A stretch of DNA of 64,000 nt, taken from positions 211,987 to 275,986 of the forward strand of contig CAYZAV010000001.1 of assembly GCA_964475855.1 (NCBI GenBank). The letters run 5' to 3'. The stretch comes from an uncultured Candidatus Saccharibacteria bacterium. Lineage in GTDB: Bacteria; Patescibacteriota; Minisyncoccia; Minisyncoccales; Staskawiczbacteraceae. Of the stretch, positions 26,678-35,149 are shown piece by piece; within the stretch, counting starts at the first letter, position 1, and every line of letters starts with the position of its first letter. Both the position numbers and the translations under genes were made by a program. A model generated the notes under the pieces. The model had not been told where the DNA came from. It saw only the letters and a list, made by a program, of their open reading frames with translations, and searched no databases.

Positions 26678-27427
26678 ATGCAATTTTACCAGGTTTTCTT
26701 ATACCTTGCCTTTGGGATATTGCCCAGTCTGACGTGGCTTTTTTATTACCTGCGCAAAGATTTGCACCCGGAACCCAAGCGCATGATTTTGAAAATATTT
26801 TTCTACGGAGCGCTGATCACCATCCCGGTGCTATTCATCCAAATCGGACTTTCCCGGTTCTTAGTATATGGACAAGACTACGGGTTTTTTATACAACATC
26901 CCCTATTAGTGCAAATCATACGCTGGTTTTTCATTGTTGCGCTTACTGAAGAATTGTTTAAATATGCCGTGGTGCGCCTTTCCATTTTGCACAGTGGCGA
27001 ATTGGACGAACCACTGGACATTATGCTCTACATGGTGGTAGGAGCGCTGGGGTTTGCGGCTGTGGAAAATGTGCTCTATTTATTTTTACCAAACACCGGC
27101 CTATCACTAGACATCATTATAACAACCACGGTTACCATCAGCTTTATCCGATTTATCGGGGCCACGTTTTTACACACTTTGTGTGCCGCCCTGGTTGGTT
27201 ATTTCCTGGCCCGGGCAACGCTAAAAGCCCACCATGGCAAACAATTAGTGATTATAGGCTTAGTATTAGCCACCTTCTTGCATGGATTGTATGATTTCTC
27301 TATAATAAGGTTAAGCGAGCCTTTTAGTTTCTTGATACCCGTTGGCATCCTGATCGTATTAACCGGGTTTATGATGTACGACTTCGACGAAATAAAAAAA
27401 GTTAAGAGTATTTGTAAATTAAATTAA
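26678..27427 (+). CDS. PrsW-family intramembrane protease
   Basis: Polytopic. EELFKY and FLHGLYDF motifs. Confidence 0.7.
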   Translation: MQFYQVFLYLAFGILPSLTWLFYYLRKDLHPEPKRMILKIFFYGALITIPVLFIQIGLSRFLVYGQDYGFFIQHPLLVQIIRWFFIVALTEELFKYAVVRLSILHSGELDEPLDIMLYMVVGALGFAAVENVLYLFLPNTGLSLDIIITTTVTISFIRFIGATFLHTLCAALVGYFLARATLKAHHGKQLVIIGLVLATFLHGLYDFSIIRLSEPFSFLIPVGILIVLTGFMMYDFDEIKKVKSICKLN

Positions 27428-27431
27428 TCCT

Positions 27432-27863
27432 ATGAAAAAAACTAAATTACAACCAGAACCAATGCAACCCGATACTGTGCCAACCGCACCAATAGAGCCT
27501 GAACCAACAAAAAAGCACAATCTTTTCTCACCTGACGGGGAGTTGGTGGTTGATGTTTTTGAAACGCATGAACATTTCGTGGTCTTGGCCGCCATTGCCG
27601 GAGTGCAGATAAAAGACCTGGATATTTCCATTGAAAAAGAGATGATGGTGATAAAAGGACATCGCACGGACCCGCATGACCATCCGGAAAAGAAGTTTTT
27701 TTACCAGGAATGTTATTGGGGTCCGTTTTCTCGTAAAATCGTTTTGCCCGAAAATATTGATACCAACGCCGCCGATGCCCAGATGGACAAAGGCATGTTG
27801 ACTATTAAAATCCCGAAGGCAAATACGGAGAACATGAAAAAGAAGAACGTGGAAGTTTCGTAA
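27432..27863 (+). CDS. Hsp20/alpha-crystallin family small heat-shock protein
   Basis: VDVFETHEHFVVLAAIAGV...LDISIE...F.RKIVLPENID...MDKGMLTIKIPK. Confidence 0.85.
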   Translation: MKKTKLQPEPMQPDTVPTAPIEPEPTKKHNLFSPDGELVVDVFETHEHFVVLAAIAGVQIKDLDISIEKEMMVIKGHRTDPHDHPEKKFFYQECYWGPFSRKIVLPENIDTNAADAQMDKGMLTIKIPKANTENMKKKNVEVS

Positions 27864-27874
27864 ATAAATCAAAA

Positions 27875-27899
27875 CACCGGCAAAGGCCGGTGTTTTTTT
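27875..27899 (+). terminator. Rho-independent terminator
   Basis: caccggc-aaag-gccggtg followed by T7. Confidence 0.75.
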
Positions 27900-27900
27900 G

Positions 27901-27982
27901 TGCTCCCGAGAGGATTCGAACCTCTAAGCCTTGCGGCACTAGTTCCTAAGACTAGCGCGTATGCCAATTCCGCCACGGGAGC
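27901..27982 (-). tRNA. tRNA-Leu(UAG)
   Basis: Reverse complement GCTCCCG...ctagt-CTTAGGA-actag, long variable arm, agagg-TTCGAAT-cctct. Confidence 0.9.
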
Positions 27983-28010
27983 CTATGAAAAATATACCAT
28001 AAACTAACTA

Positions 28011-28037
28011 AAAAGTCCCGTTTCTGCGGGACTTTTT
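28011..28037. terminator. Bidirectional terminator hairpin
   Basis: aaa-agtcccg-tttctg-cgggact-tttt. Confidence 0.6.
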
Positions 28038-28053
28038 GCATTACATCTTGAAA

Positions 28054-28482
28054 CTAGAAACACGCACAACCCCCGGCACCATCGGAAGCACAAACTCCTG
28101 CAGCGCATGTTCCACCGCAGGCAGGGGCAGAAGACCCACAGGCAGTGGGCGCAGGCGTAACCGTAGTGCTGACAAGCTGCACGATACTATATCCCAGCAT
28201 AGCCACAATAATCCCGACAATTCCCCAAATGACAAAACGCCGGGCGGTTTTTACTTTTTCAGGATCCCCTTCAGCCAGGAAGAAGTGTGTGCCAGCGATG
28301 ATAAACATTACCACTACAAACCCCACAAACACCTGCCAGACAATAGTGACAATAGTACTAATAAGTCCGGTAATAGAGGTAATAGTATTAGACGCCGGCG
28401 GCGGTGTAAACGTAATGGCGCCTGCCAAAACAGGAACCAATAATAATCCCATTAATATGAATAATATCTTTTTCTTGGTCAT
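28054..28482 (-). CDS. TrbC/VirB2-like (T4SS-pilin-like) small membrane protein, paralog 7, with Cys/Gly/Ala-rich C-terminal tail
   Basis: Signal peptide, two TM helices, shared motif FFLAEGDPEKVKTARRFVIWGIVGIIVA. Tail is ...ACGSSAPACGGTCAAGVCASDGAGGCACF. Confidence 0.7.
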   Translation of the reverse strand: MTKKKILFILMGLLLVPVLAGAITFTPPPASNTITSITGLISTIVTIVWQVFVGFVVVMFIIAGTHFFLAEGDPEKVKTARRFVIWGIVGIIVAMLGYSIVQLVSTTVTPAPTACGSSAPACGGTCAAGVCASDGAGGCACF

Positions 28483-28811
28483 GGGGCAGGAGGTGGCACA
28501 ATAACCGTACTAATTAATCCTACAATAGAGAATGCCACAATGGCCACAATAATGCCCACAATGGCCCAAATGACAGCCTTGTTAGCTTCCCGTATTTTAG
28601 CCGCATCCCCATGACCAAGGAGGTATAAGATGCCAATATAAATAAACATCCCCACCACGATGGCCAAAAAAAGCGGCCACAATATCATATTCAGGATATT
28701 ATCCAAAATAGTAGTCAGCCACGTACTTGGCGTAACCGGTGCGGCAAAAACTAGCACCGGTAGGGCCAATAAGTATACTAAACCAGAAAAGAATGTAAAT
28801 TTCTTAGTCAT
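28479..28811 (-). CDS. TrbC/VirB2-like small membrane protein, paralog 6
   Basis: ATG at 28811 (MTKKFTFF...). LLGHGDAAKIREANKAVIWAIVGIIVA. ATGA overlap with the next gene. Confidence 0.7.
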   Translation of the reverse strand: MTKKFTFFSGLVYLLALPVLVFAAPVTPSTWLTTILDNILNMILWPLFLAIVVGMFIYIGILYLLGHGDAAKIREANKAVIWAIVGIIVAIVAFSIVGLISTVIVPPPAP

Positions 28812-28821
28812 TGCGCTTCTC

Positions 28822-29160
28822 TTAGACTCCCGGAAACAGATTTTTGACAAATAATGGGATGGAAACTGCCAATAAGATTACTACCATTCCAACAACTCCC
28901 CAGACGACAAAATTTCGGGCATCTGCCACTTTGCTGGCATCTCCCTGGGCGTTAAAGAATTCAATACCCGCCCTGATAAACATAAAGACGGTGAAGGCGA
29001 CAACTATCGGCCAAAAGAGAAAGCTAAATAACGTGTTAATCAGGCCCTGTACGGTAAATAATACCTGATTGGGTTCGGCAATGGTCGCCAAAGCAAATGC
29101 GGCCATCGGGAAAGCCAATAACATACTAGCCGAAGCTAACGTAATTATTTTTTTATTCAT
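28822..29160 (-). CDS. TrbC/VirB2-like small membrane protein, paralog 5
   Basis: 112 aa. Signal peptide ...AAFA. FFNAQGDASKVADARNFVVWGVVGMVV. Confidence 0.75.
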   Translation of the reverse strand: MNKKIITLASASMLLAFPMAAFALATIAEPNQVLFTVQGLINTLFSFLFWPIVVAFTVFMFIRAGIEFFNAQGDASKVADARNFVVWGVVGMVVILLAVSIPLFVKNLFPGV

Positions 29161-29224
29161 TGAAGATACGTGAAATATTTTGATTTAAGTGACCTTTTGC
29201 TATATCGCATTTTCCCTAAAATAA

Positions 29225-29563
29225 CTAAATACCGTTATTAAGTGTCAAGCGGACGATGAATGGGATAGAGAACGCCAAGAAAGCAACGGCCAATCCGGCA
29301 ATTCCCCACAATACCTGGTTCCTTGCGGTAGCTACCTTGTCTGGGTCTCCTTGGGCATTGAAGAAGGCAACTCCTGCCAAGATAAACATGATGATGGCAA
29401 AAGCAATGAATAGAGGCCACAAAATGTTAAAGAAGATGTCGATTAAGCCATTGATACTAAGAGTTTGCACCACGTTTGGGATGTTTCCTGGAGTAAAGGC
29501 CAAGCTTACCAGTGGCAATGCCAACATGGCAATCGCGGCGGCGGTGATTATTTTTTTGTTCAT
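29225..29563 (-). CDS. TrbC/VirB2-like small membrane protein, paralog 4
   Basis: 112 aa. FFNAQGDPDKVATARNQVLWGIAGLAVA. Confidence 0.75.
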   Translation of the reverse strand: MNKKIITAAAIAMLALPLVSLAFTPGNIPNVVQTLSINGLIDIFFNILWPLFIAFAIIMFILAGVAFFNAQGDPDKVATARNQVLWGIAGLAVAFLAFSIPFIVRLTLNNGI

Positions 29564-29585
29564 GGTATGTTATTTTTTAAGGTAG

Positions 29586-29624
29586 TTTTTATCCAGCGCC
29601 ACTGACCGTGGCGCTGGATAAAAA
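29586..29624. repeat. Perfect GC-rich palindrome between pilin-like paralogs
   Basis: tttttatccagcgccac-tgacc-gtggcgctggataaaaa. In either reading direction the T-run is 5' and the A-run is 3', so it is not oriented as an intrinsic terminator. Confidence 0.6.
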
Positions 29625-29630
29625 GTATTA

Positions 29631-29969
29631 CTAAATACCGTTATTAAGCGTATTGCGTACGATGAATGGGATAGAGAAAGCCAATAGGGCTACTACCATT
29701 CCAACGATTCCCCACAATACCTGGTTCCTTGCTGTGGCAACTTTGTCCGGATCTCCCTGGGCATTGAAGAAAGAAATGCCTGCCAAGATAAACATGATAA
29801 TGGCGAAGGCAATGATAACTGGCCACAAAATGCTAAACAAGATATCGATAAGCTGATTCACCGAAAGGGTGGAAACCGTGTTTGGAATGTTTCCTGGAGT
29901 AAAGGCCAAGCTTACCAGCGGCAGTGCCAACATGGCAACTGAAGCGGCAATGATTATTTTTTTGTTCAT
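29631..29969 (-). CDS. TrbC/VirB2-like small membrane protein, paralog 3
   Basis: 112 aa. FFNAQGDPDKVATARNQVLWGIVGMVVA. The 3' about 80 nt are nearly identical to paralog 2. Confidence 0.75.
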   Translation of the reverse strand: MNKKIIIAASVAMLALPLVSLAFTPGNIPNTVSTLSVNQLIDILFSILWPVIIAFAIIMFILAGISFFNAQGDPDKVATARNQVLWGIVGMVVALLAFSIPFIVRNTLNNGI

Positions 29970-30001
29970 GATATATTTCTGAATTAATTAGCAATCCCCC
30001 A

Positions 30002-30343
30002 TTAAATACCGTTATTAAGCGTATTGCGTACGATGAATGGGATAGAGAAAGCCAATAGGGCTACTACCATTCCAACGATTCCCCAGATGACGGCGTTGCG
30101 GGCTGAAGTAACCTTTTCTGGATCTCCCTGGGCGTTGAAGAACATAAATGCAGCCAAGATAAACATGATAATGGCGAAGGCAATAACTACCGGCCAAATA
30201 ATTGAGAAGATGATGTCGATAAGGTTGTTAATGGAAAGGCCGGGTACTTGGTTTGGAATGTTTCCTGGAGTAAAGGCCAAGCTCACCAAAGGCATAGCCA
30301 ATAATAATGCTGAAGCTGATAATGCGATAATTTTTTTGTTCAT
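30002..30343 (-). CDS. TrbC/VirB2-like small membrane protein, paralog 2
   Basis: 113 aa. FFNAQGDPEKVTSARNAVIWGIVGMVVA. Confidence 0.75.
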   Translation of the reverse strand: MNKKIIALSASALLLAMPLVSLAFTPGNIPNQVPGLSINNLIDIIFSIIWPVVIAFAIIMFILAAFMFFNAQGDPEKVTSARNAVIWGIVGMVVALLAFSIPFIVRNTLNNGI

Positions 30344-30447
30344 AGTTTTTTGTTTAGATTAACGTTAACTATCGACCTTTTATATGTTATGGGTTTACCC
30401 ATAAGTATATATTCATAAAAATACATGCTTATGGGTAAAAATAGGAA

Positions 30448-30912
30448 TTACGAATTGTCACAAGTGCCCACAATAACTGACCCACAGCTACCACTCACAC
30501 AATCAACATCATTAGTACAAGCACCTCCATCAGGCACACTTCCTGGCGCCACACCAATCACTCCCTGAATCACTGCAACCAATCCGGTCCCGGCTAAAGC
30601 AATGGCTAATCCGATAACTCCATACATCACCGCATGTTTGGCTTTTTGGACATTGGAAGGATCCGCCCCGGCAGTGACAAATAAAATGCCGGCCCAGACA
30701 AATAGTAATACCGCCAGCGAGGCAATCAGTCCAACCAGAAAATTGATAATGGTGGTAATGAGCAGGGGAAAACTGTTAATACAGGTGGATCCGGCAGGCA
30801 GAGGATTGGGGCACAGCGGGTTTGGTAAACTGATAGTGGCAGCGGCGGCAATGGTGGACATTCCAAGAAGCACAGTAAAAGATATCAAAAAAATGGCAGC
30901 TTTTTTATCCAT
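30448..30912 (-). CDS. TrbC/VirB2-like small membrane protein, paralog 1, with Cys-rich C-terminal extension
   Basis: 154 aa. FVTAGADPSNVQKAKHAVMYGVIGLAIA. Tail is GGACTNDVDCVSGSCGSVIVGTCDNS. Confidence 0.7.
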   Translation of the reverse strand: MDKKAAIFLISFTVLLGMSTIAAAATISLPNPLCPNPLPAGSTCINSFPLLITTIINFLVGLIASLAVLLFVWAGILFVTAGADPSNVQKAKHAVMYGVIGLAIALAGTGLVAVIQGVIGVAPGSVPDGGACTNDVDCVSGSCGSVIVGTCDNS

Positions 30913-30918
30913 AATCGG

Positions 30919-31461
30919 TTACTTGGTAAACAATAATGCGTAATGGTAATCTCCCACGGCAAATTCTTTCTTCATCTGTAATCCTAACTTTTGGGTGATG
31001 GCTTTTATTTCTTCCGGTTTTACCATGCCTCCTGCCTCACCGGCAGGCAAGTCTTTGGGGCTGAAAGCGTTTTCTTTTAACCAGTCAATAATCAATAATT
31101 GGCCACCAGGTTTTAATACGCGTGCCCCTTCTTCAATCATAGCATGCTTGTTTTCCGCCTGGAATAATACATTAGGGATAAGCACCACGTCCAGATAACT
31201 GTCGCGCAGGGTTGAACCTTTGGGAGCTTCTAAATCACACAGTACCATGGAAATGTTATTCACTTTTTCCAGTACCGCCCGGCCGCTTAAAGCTGATAAT
31301 TTTTCCTGTTGAATGTCCAACGCATACACTCTTCCCTTGTTTAAGCGTTTTGCTAAACTGATGGTAAATACCGCCGAGCCGCAGCCGAATTCCGCCCCCA
31401 GCATATGCTCTTTCAAATCCAAATGGGAGAGTACATCTTCAACGTTTAAAAAATCAGGCAT
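30919..31461 (-). CDS. Class I SAM-dependent methyltransferase
   Basis: GAEFGCGSAVFT (motif I) and LKPGGQLLIIDW. Confidence 0.75.
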   Translation of the reverse strand: MPDFLNVEDVLSHLDLKEHMLGAEFGCGSAVFTISLAKRLNKGRVYALDIQQEKLSALSGRAVLEKVNNISMVLCDLEAPKGSTLRDSYLDVVLIPNVLFQAENKHAMIEEGARVLKPGGQLLIIDWLKENAFSPKDLPAGEAGGMVKPEEIKAITQKLGLQMKKEFAVGDYHYALLFTK

Positions 31462-31520
31462 TACACAAAGATTAAATTATTCTATTATATCAAATATTTC
31501 TTGCTTCATATATGCAAGGC

Positions 31521-31529
31521 TGTGGATAA
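31521..31529 (-). promoter_or_regulatory. Perfect DnaA-box 9-mer (TTATCCACA on the minus strand) upstream of the methyltransferase gene
   Basis: tgtggataa on the plus strand. 3 nt upstream of TTGCAT on the minus strand. Confidence 0.4.
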
Positions 31530-31540
31530 GTGAACCACTC

Positions 31541-34087
31541 CTATTCCTTCAAGCAGGTACCCGAAGCTACTTTGTCTCCAGATTCAAGGCGCATAATCCT
31601 GACCCCTTGTGTTGCGCGCCCAAGCAGTGAAATGGATTTAGTGGCGGTGCGGATAACCTGTCCCTTCTGCGAAATGACAATCAAGTCTTCGTCGCCTTCG
31701 GCATCATCTACTACGCACGAAAGCATAATGCCTCCTGTTTTGGTTGTAATGTTGGCAGTCTTGATGCCCGAACCCCCGCGCCCCTGCACTTTGTATTCGG
31801 AAATTTTGGTGCGTTTTCCATATCCATGCTCCATGGCCACCAATAAATATTGCTGGACAGGTTTGCCATCCTTATCTTTCAAATCTTCACTGATCACATC
31901 CATGCCAATAACTTCATCGTCCTTTTTCAAGCGAATTCCTTTCACTCCCGCCGCACCACGTCCCATTGGTCTGATATCTTTTTCCGCAAACCTGATGGCA
32001 ATACCCTGGCGCGTCACTAGTATGATGTCATCTTCGCCACTCGTCTTTACCACCTTTTTCAATGCGTCTCCTTTTTCCAGCTTGATGGCAATAATGCCAC
32101 TCTTTCGGACATTTTCAAATTCATCCAAGGCTGTTTTTTTGATCCTGCCGTTTTTGGTGACCATGACCAGGTATTTCATCGGCACGCCGGAGCTTTTGGC
32201 GGAGGCGGCTTCACCCTTCTTATTTTCCATCGGCACGAGCGAAAGCACCTTTTCATCCGTGGAAACCTCTAAAAAGTTCATCACGCCCCTACCCCGGGCT
32301 ACGCGTGTGCCTTCAGGAATTTCATAGACCTGCGTTTGGAATACTTTGCCGGCGTCGGTAAAGAATAGTAAATTATCATGCGTTGACGCACTCAAAAAGT
32401 GTTCCACAATGTCTTCCTGCATAGTCTTCATACCCATAATGCCCTTGCCCCCGCGCTTTTGGATTTTATACGTATCCGGATTTATCCTCTTTATATATCC
32501 TCCTGTCGTCAGCGTCACAATCGTTTCCGCTAGCGGCACCAAATCAACTTCACTGATGTCGCCCAATTTTCCCTTGATTACTTTAGTCCTTCGGGCATCT
32601 CCGAATTTTTCTTTCATTTCCAGTAGCTCTTTTTTCAGCAAGCCTTTCAATTTTGCTGGACTGTCTAATATGGCTAATAATTCTTTAATCCGTTCCAAAA
32701 TTTCTTTGAGTTCCTGCTCAATTTTCAGGCGCTCCAAACCAGCCAGGGTAGCGAGTCGCATTTCCAAGATGGCCACGGCCTGGCGTTCGGAAAGCTTGAA
32801 TTTCTTGATTAAATTCACCTTGGCCTCTTCGCGATCCTGAGACTTTTTAATGATCGCAATCACCTCGTCAATGTTTTCGAGCGCAATCATCAACCCTTCC
32901 AGAATATGGGCACGTTCTTTAGCTTTATCCAAATCAAACTTAGTGCGGCGGGTAACCACTTCTGTGCGGTGCTTGATAAAATACTTTAACACATCTGCTA
33001 ATCCCAAAATCTCCGGCTGCAGACCATCAACTAACGCCAACAAATTCAAATGGAACGTTTTTTGTAAATTGGTAAACTGGTACAAGCGGTTTAGCACCCG
33101 TTCAGCCTGGTAACCTTTTTTAATATCAATAATAATGGCCATGCCTTCGCGGTCAGACAAATCTTTGATGTCACGGATGCCTTCCACTTTCTTTTCCGAA
33201 ACCAGTTCGGCCATTTGTTCCACTAATCCGGATTTTAAAACCTGATAAGGGATTTGCGAAATAATAATTTGTTCTGAATCGTCTTTTTTGGAAACAATAT
33301 CAGCGCGGCCCCGCATAATAATTGATCCTTTTCCCTGGGAATAAGCCGCAATCATTTCTTTCTGGTCGTAAATAATGCCACCGGTAGGAAAGTCCGGCCC
33401 CTGGATAAATTGAAACAAGTCGGGAGTCTCTGCCTTTTCATTGTCCAGCAAATACATTGTGGCATCCACCACCTCTGTCAAATTATGTGGCGGGATATTG
33501 GTGGCCATACCTACGGCAATTCCCAGCGAACCGTTTAATAGCAGTTGCGGCACCGGTGAAGGCAGTACGGTTGGCTCCTGGCGTGTTCCATCGTAGTTAT
33601 CAACAAAATTAACCGTGTCTTTTTCAATATCTTGCAGTAACGCTTCGCCAAGTTTGGACAATTTGGATTCCGTATATCGCGAAGCAGCCGCACCATCTCC
33701 GTCAATACTGCCAAAATTTCCTTGGGGGTTCACCAACGGGTAACGCAAGTTAAAATCCTGAGCCATTCTGACTAGCGTATCATAAATAGCCATGTCGCCG
33801 TGCGGATGGTATTTTGCCATCACTTCTCCCACCACCGCCGCGCTTTTGCGGAACTTGGCAGAAGCCGAAAGTCCCAGCTCATTCATGGCATACAAAATTT
33901 TGCGGTGCACCGGCTTTAACCCGTCGCGCACGTCCGGCAAGGCTCGAGCCACAATGACGCTCATGGCGTAATCGATATAGGACTCTTTCAGCTCTGTCAC
34001 GATTTCGCGCTTCTGGACATTTCCTATCGCATTTTTTCCAACGTCATCAGAAGTCGCTTTTGGTTTTTTATCTTTTTCTTCTGCCAT
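31541..34087 (-). CDS. gyrA: DNA gyrase subunit A
   Basis: [37 protein letters not shown], active-site AAASRYTE, C-terminal beta-pinwheel repeats. Confidence 0.95.
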   Translation of the reverse strand: MAEEKDKKPKATSDDVGKNAIGNVQKREIVTELKESYIDYAMSVIVARALPDVRDGLKPVHRKILYAMNELGLSASAKFRKSAAVVGEVMAKYHPHGDMAIYDTLVRMAQDFNLRYPLVNPQGNFGSIDGDGAAASRYTESKLSKLGEALLQDIEKDTVNFVDNYDGTRQEPTVLPSPVPQLLLNGSLGIAVGMATNIPPHNLTEVVDATMYLLDNEKAETPDLFQFIQGPDFPTGGIIYDQKEMIAAYSQGKGSIIMRGRADIVSKKDDSEQIIISQIPYQVLKSGLVEQMAELVSEKKVEGIRDIKDLSDREGMAIIIDIKKGYQAERVLNRLYQFTNLQKTFHLNLLALVDGLQPEILGLADVLKYFIKHRTEVVTRRTKFDLDKAKERAHILEGLMIALENIDEVIAIIKKSQDREEAKVNLIKKFKLSERQAVAILEMRLATLAGLERLKIEQELKEILERIKELLAILDSPAKLKGLLKKELLEMKEKFGDARRTKVIKGKLGDISEVDLVPLAETIVTLTTGGYIKRINPDTYKIQKRGGKGIMGMKTMQEDIVEHFLSASTHDNLLFFTDAGKVFQTQVYEIPEGTRVARGRGVMNFLEVSTDEKVLSLVPMENKKGEAASAKSSGVPMKYLVMVTKNGRIKKTALDEFENVRKSGIIAIKLEKGDALKKVVKTSGEDDIILVTRQGIAIRFAEKDIRPMGRGAAGVKGIRLKKDDEVIGMDVISEDLKDKDGKPVQQYLLVAMEHGYGKRTKISEYKVQGRGGSGIKTANITTKTGGIMLSCVVDDAEGDEDLIVISQKGQVIRTATKSISLLGRATQGVRIMRLESGDKVASGTCLKE

Positions 34088-34103
34088 ATAGTATTACTAA
34101 GGA

Positions 34104-34334
34104 TTATTTTGCAGCCCCGGTGCCAAAATCCGGACCTTGCAAATCTGATGATTGTATTGGCGATAGCGTGGCATTGAATTTTACAATTTTTGCTTTAGTT
34201 GAATACAGGGCGTAAAACCCCATCATGACTGTGCAAACTCCCATCACCAGGAAAAAAATAACCTTCTTTTTTGTTTCAGATAACCCTCGGAGCCTGGCTA
34301 TAATATCTTTAGTATCTTGGATTAACGTCTTCAT
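34104..34334 (-). CDS. Small single-TM protein, unknown function
   Basis: 76-aa ORF with one TM helix (VIFFLVMGVCTVMMGFYALY), directly upstream of gyrA. Confidence 0.5.
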   Translation of the reverse strand: MKTLIQDTKDIIARLRGLSETKKKVIFFLVMGVCTVMMGFYALYSTKAKIVKFNATLSPIQSSDLQGPDFGTGAAK

Positions 34335-34343
34335 GGCCGGTAG

Positions 34344-35000
34344 TTAAGGTTTTAATAGCACTACTTCCGTCACTTTTTCCTTGGGCAAGGTGCTGGTTTT
34401 TACCGTCAGTTTGTCTTGTGCTTCCAGTGAATTTTTCCCCATGGCTTTCAGGAATTTTTCAACACTATCCAGTTCAACGGAAAGTTTGGGTAGGGCATAG
34501 TGCATGGGAATGACGATTTTAGGTTCTATTTGTCCTATCACCTTGATTGCTTCAGCCGAAGAAATAGTATCTGTCCCACCCACCGGTACCATTAGGACAT
34601 CAACTTGTCCTATCTTTTCCAGTTGTTCATCCGTCAGTTCTTTTTGGCCAAAATCGCCCAAATGGCAGAGGCGCAAATCTTCTGTTTCTATAGTATAGAT
34701 GACATTTTTACCACGCTCTTTTCCTTGGACATCATCGTGGAAACTTTCAATGCCCTGCACAAAAATGCCTTTTATTTCGTATTCGCCCGGGGTATCAATT
34801 AATAGTGGTTCACCCTTGATAGCTTTTACATTATTATGGTCATGGTGACTGTGCGTAACCAGCGCAACATCAGCCGCCAGGTTAGGCAGTTTTAAGCCGA
34901 TTTTTTCATCAAACGGATCAATGACAATAGTAGTCGAAACATCTTTGGCGGGGGAAACCGAAATCTCAAAACAGGATTGCCCGGCCCAGTAGATTTTCAT
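34344..35000 (-). CDS. MBL-fold metal-dependent hydrolase (UPF0173-like)
   Basis: MKIYWAGQSCFEI..., THSHHDH motif. ATG at 35000 is preferred over the GTG at 35033. Confidence 0.8.
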   Translation of the reverse strand: MKIYWAGQSCFEISVSPAKDVSTTIVIDPFDEKIGLKLPNLAADVALVTHSHHDHNNVKAIKGEPLLIDTPGEYEIKGIFVQGIESFHDDVQGKERGKNVIYTIETEDLRLCHLGDFGQKELTDEQLEKIGQVDVLMVPVGGTDTISSAEAIKVIGQIEPKIVIPMHYALPKLSVELDSVEKFLKAMGKNSLEAQDKLTVKTSTLPKEKVTEVVLLKP

Positions 35001-35090
35001 ACGGTATAATATATTATTCCATGATTTTACCACGCCGTACTTTTAAGTTCAACTGCGCTCGCCTTTGCTAAAGTTACAGCGAGGCGAAGT

Positions 35091-35126
35091 AAAAAAAGAG
35101 GCGCTAACATGGTATTGTTAGCGCCT
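35091..35126 (-). terminator. Rho-independent terminator of the 521-aa gene
   Basis: Minus strand aggcgctaaca-atacc-atgttagcgcct followed by T7. Confidence 0.7.
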
Positions 35127-35149
35127 TGGTGATGATGAAACATCACGTA

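Noticed and set aside
28054-30912. Periodic ~370-400-bp repetition, considered as a possible CRISPR or satellite array
   Set aside because: The period equals whole genes. Each unit is an intact ORF with a signal peptide and TM helices, so these are tandem paralogous genes and not a non-coding repeat array.
31530-33113. Plus-strand ORFs of 265, 164 and 87 aa inside gyrA
   Set aside because: They are antisense to a fully conserved GyrA sequence, Ser/Pro/Phe-rich, and lack start-site signals.
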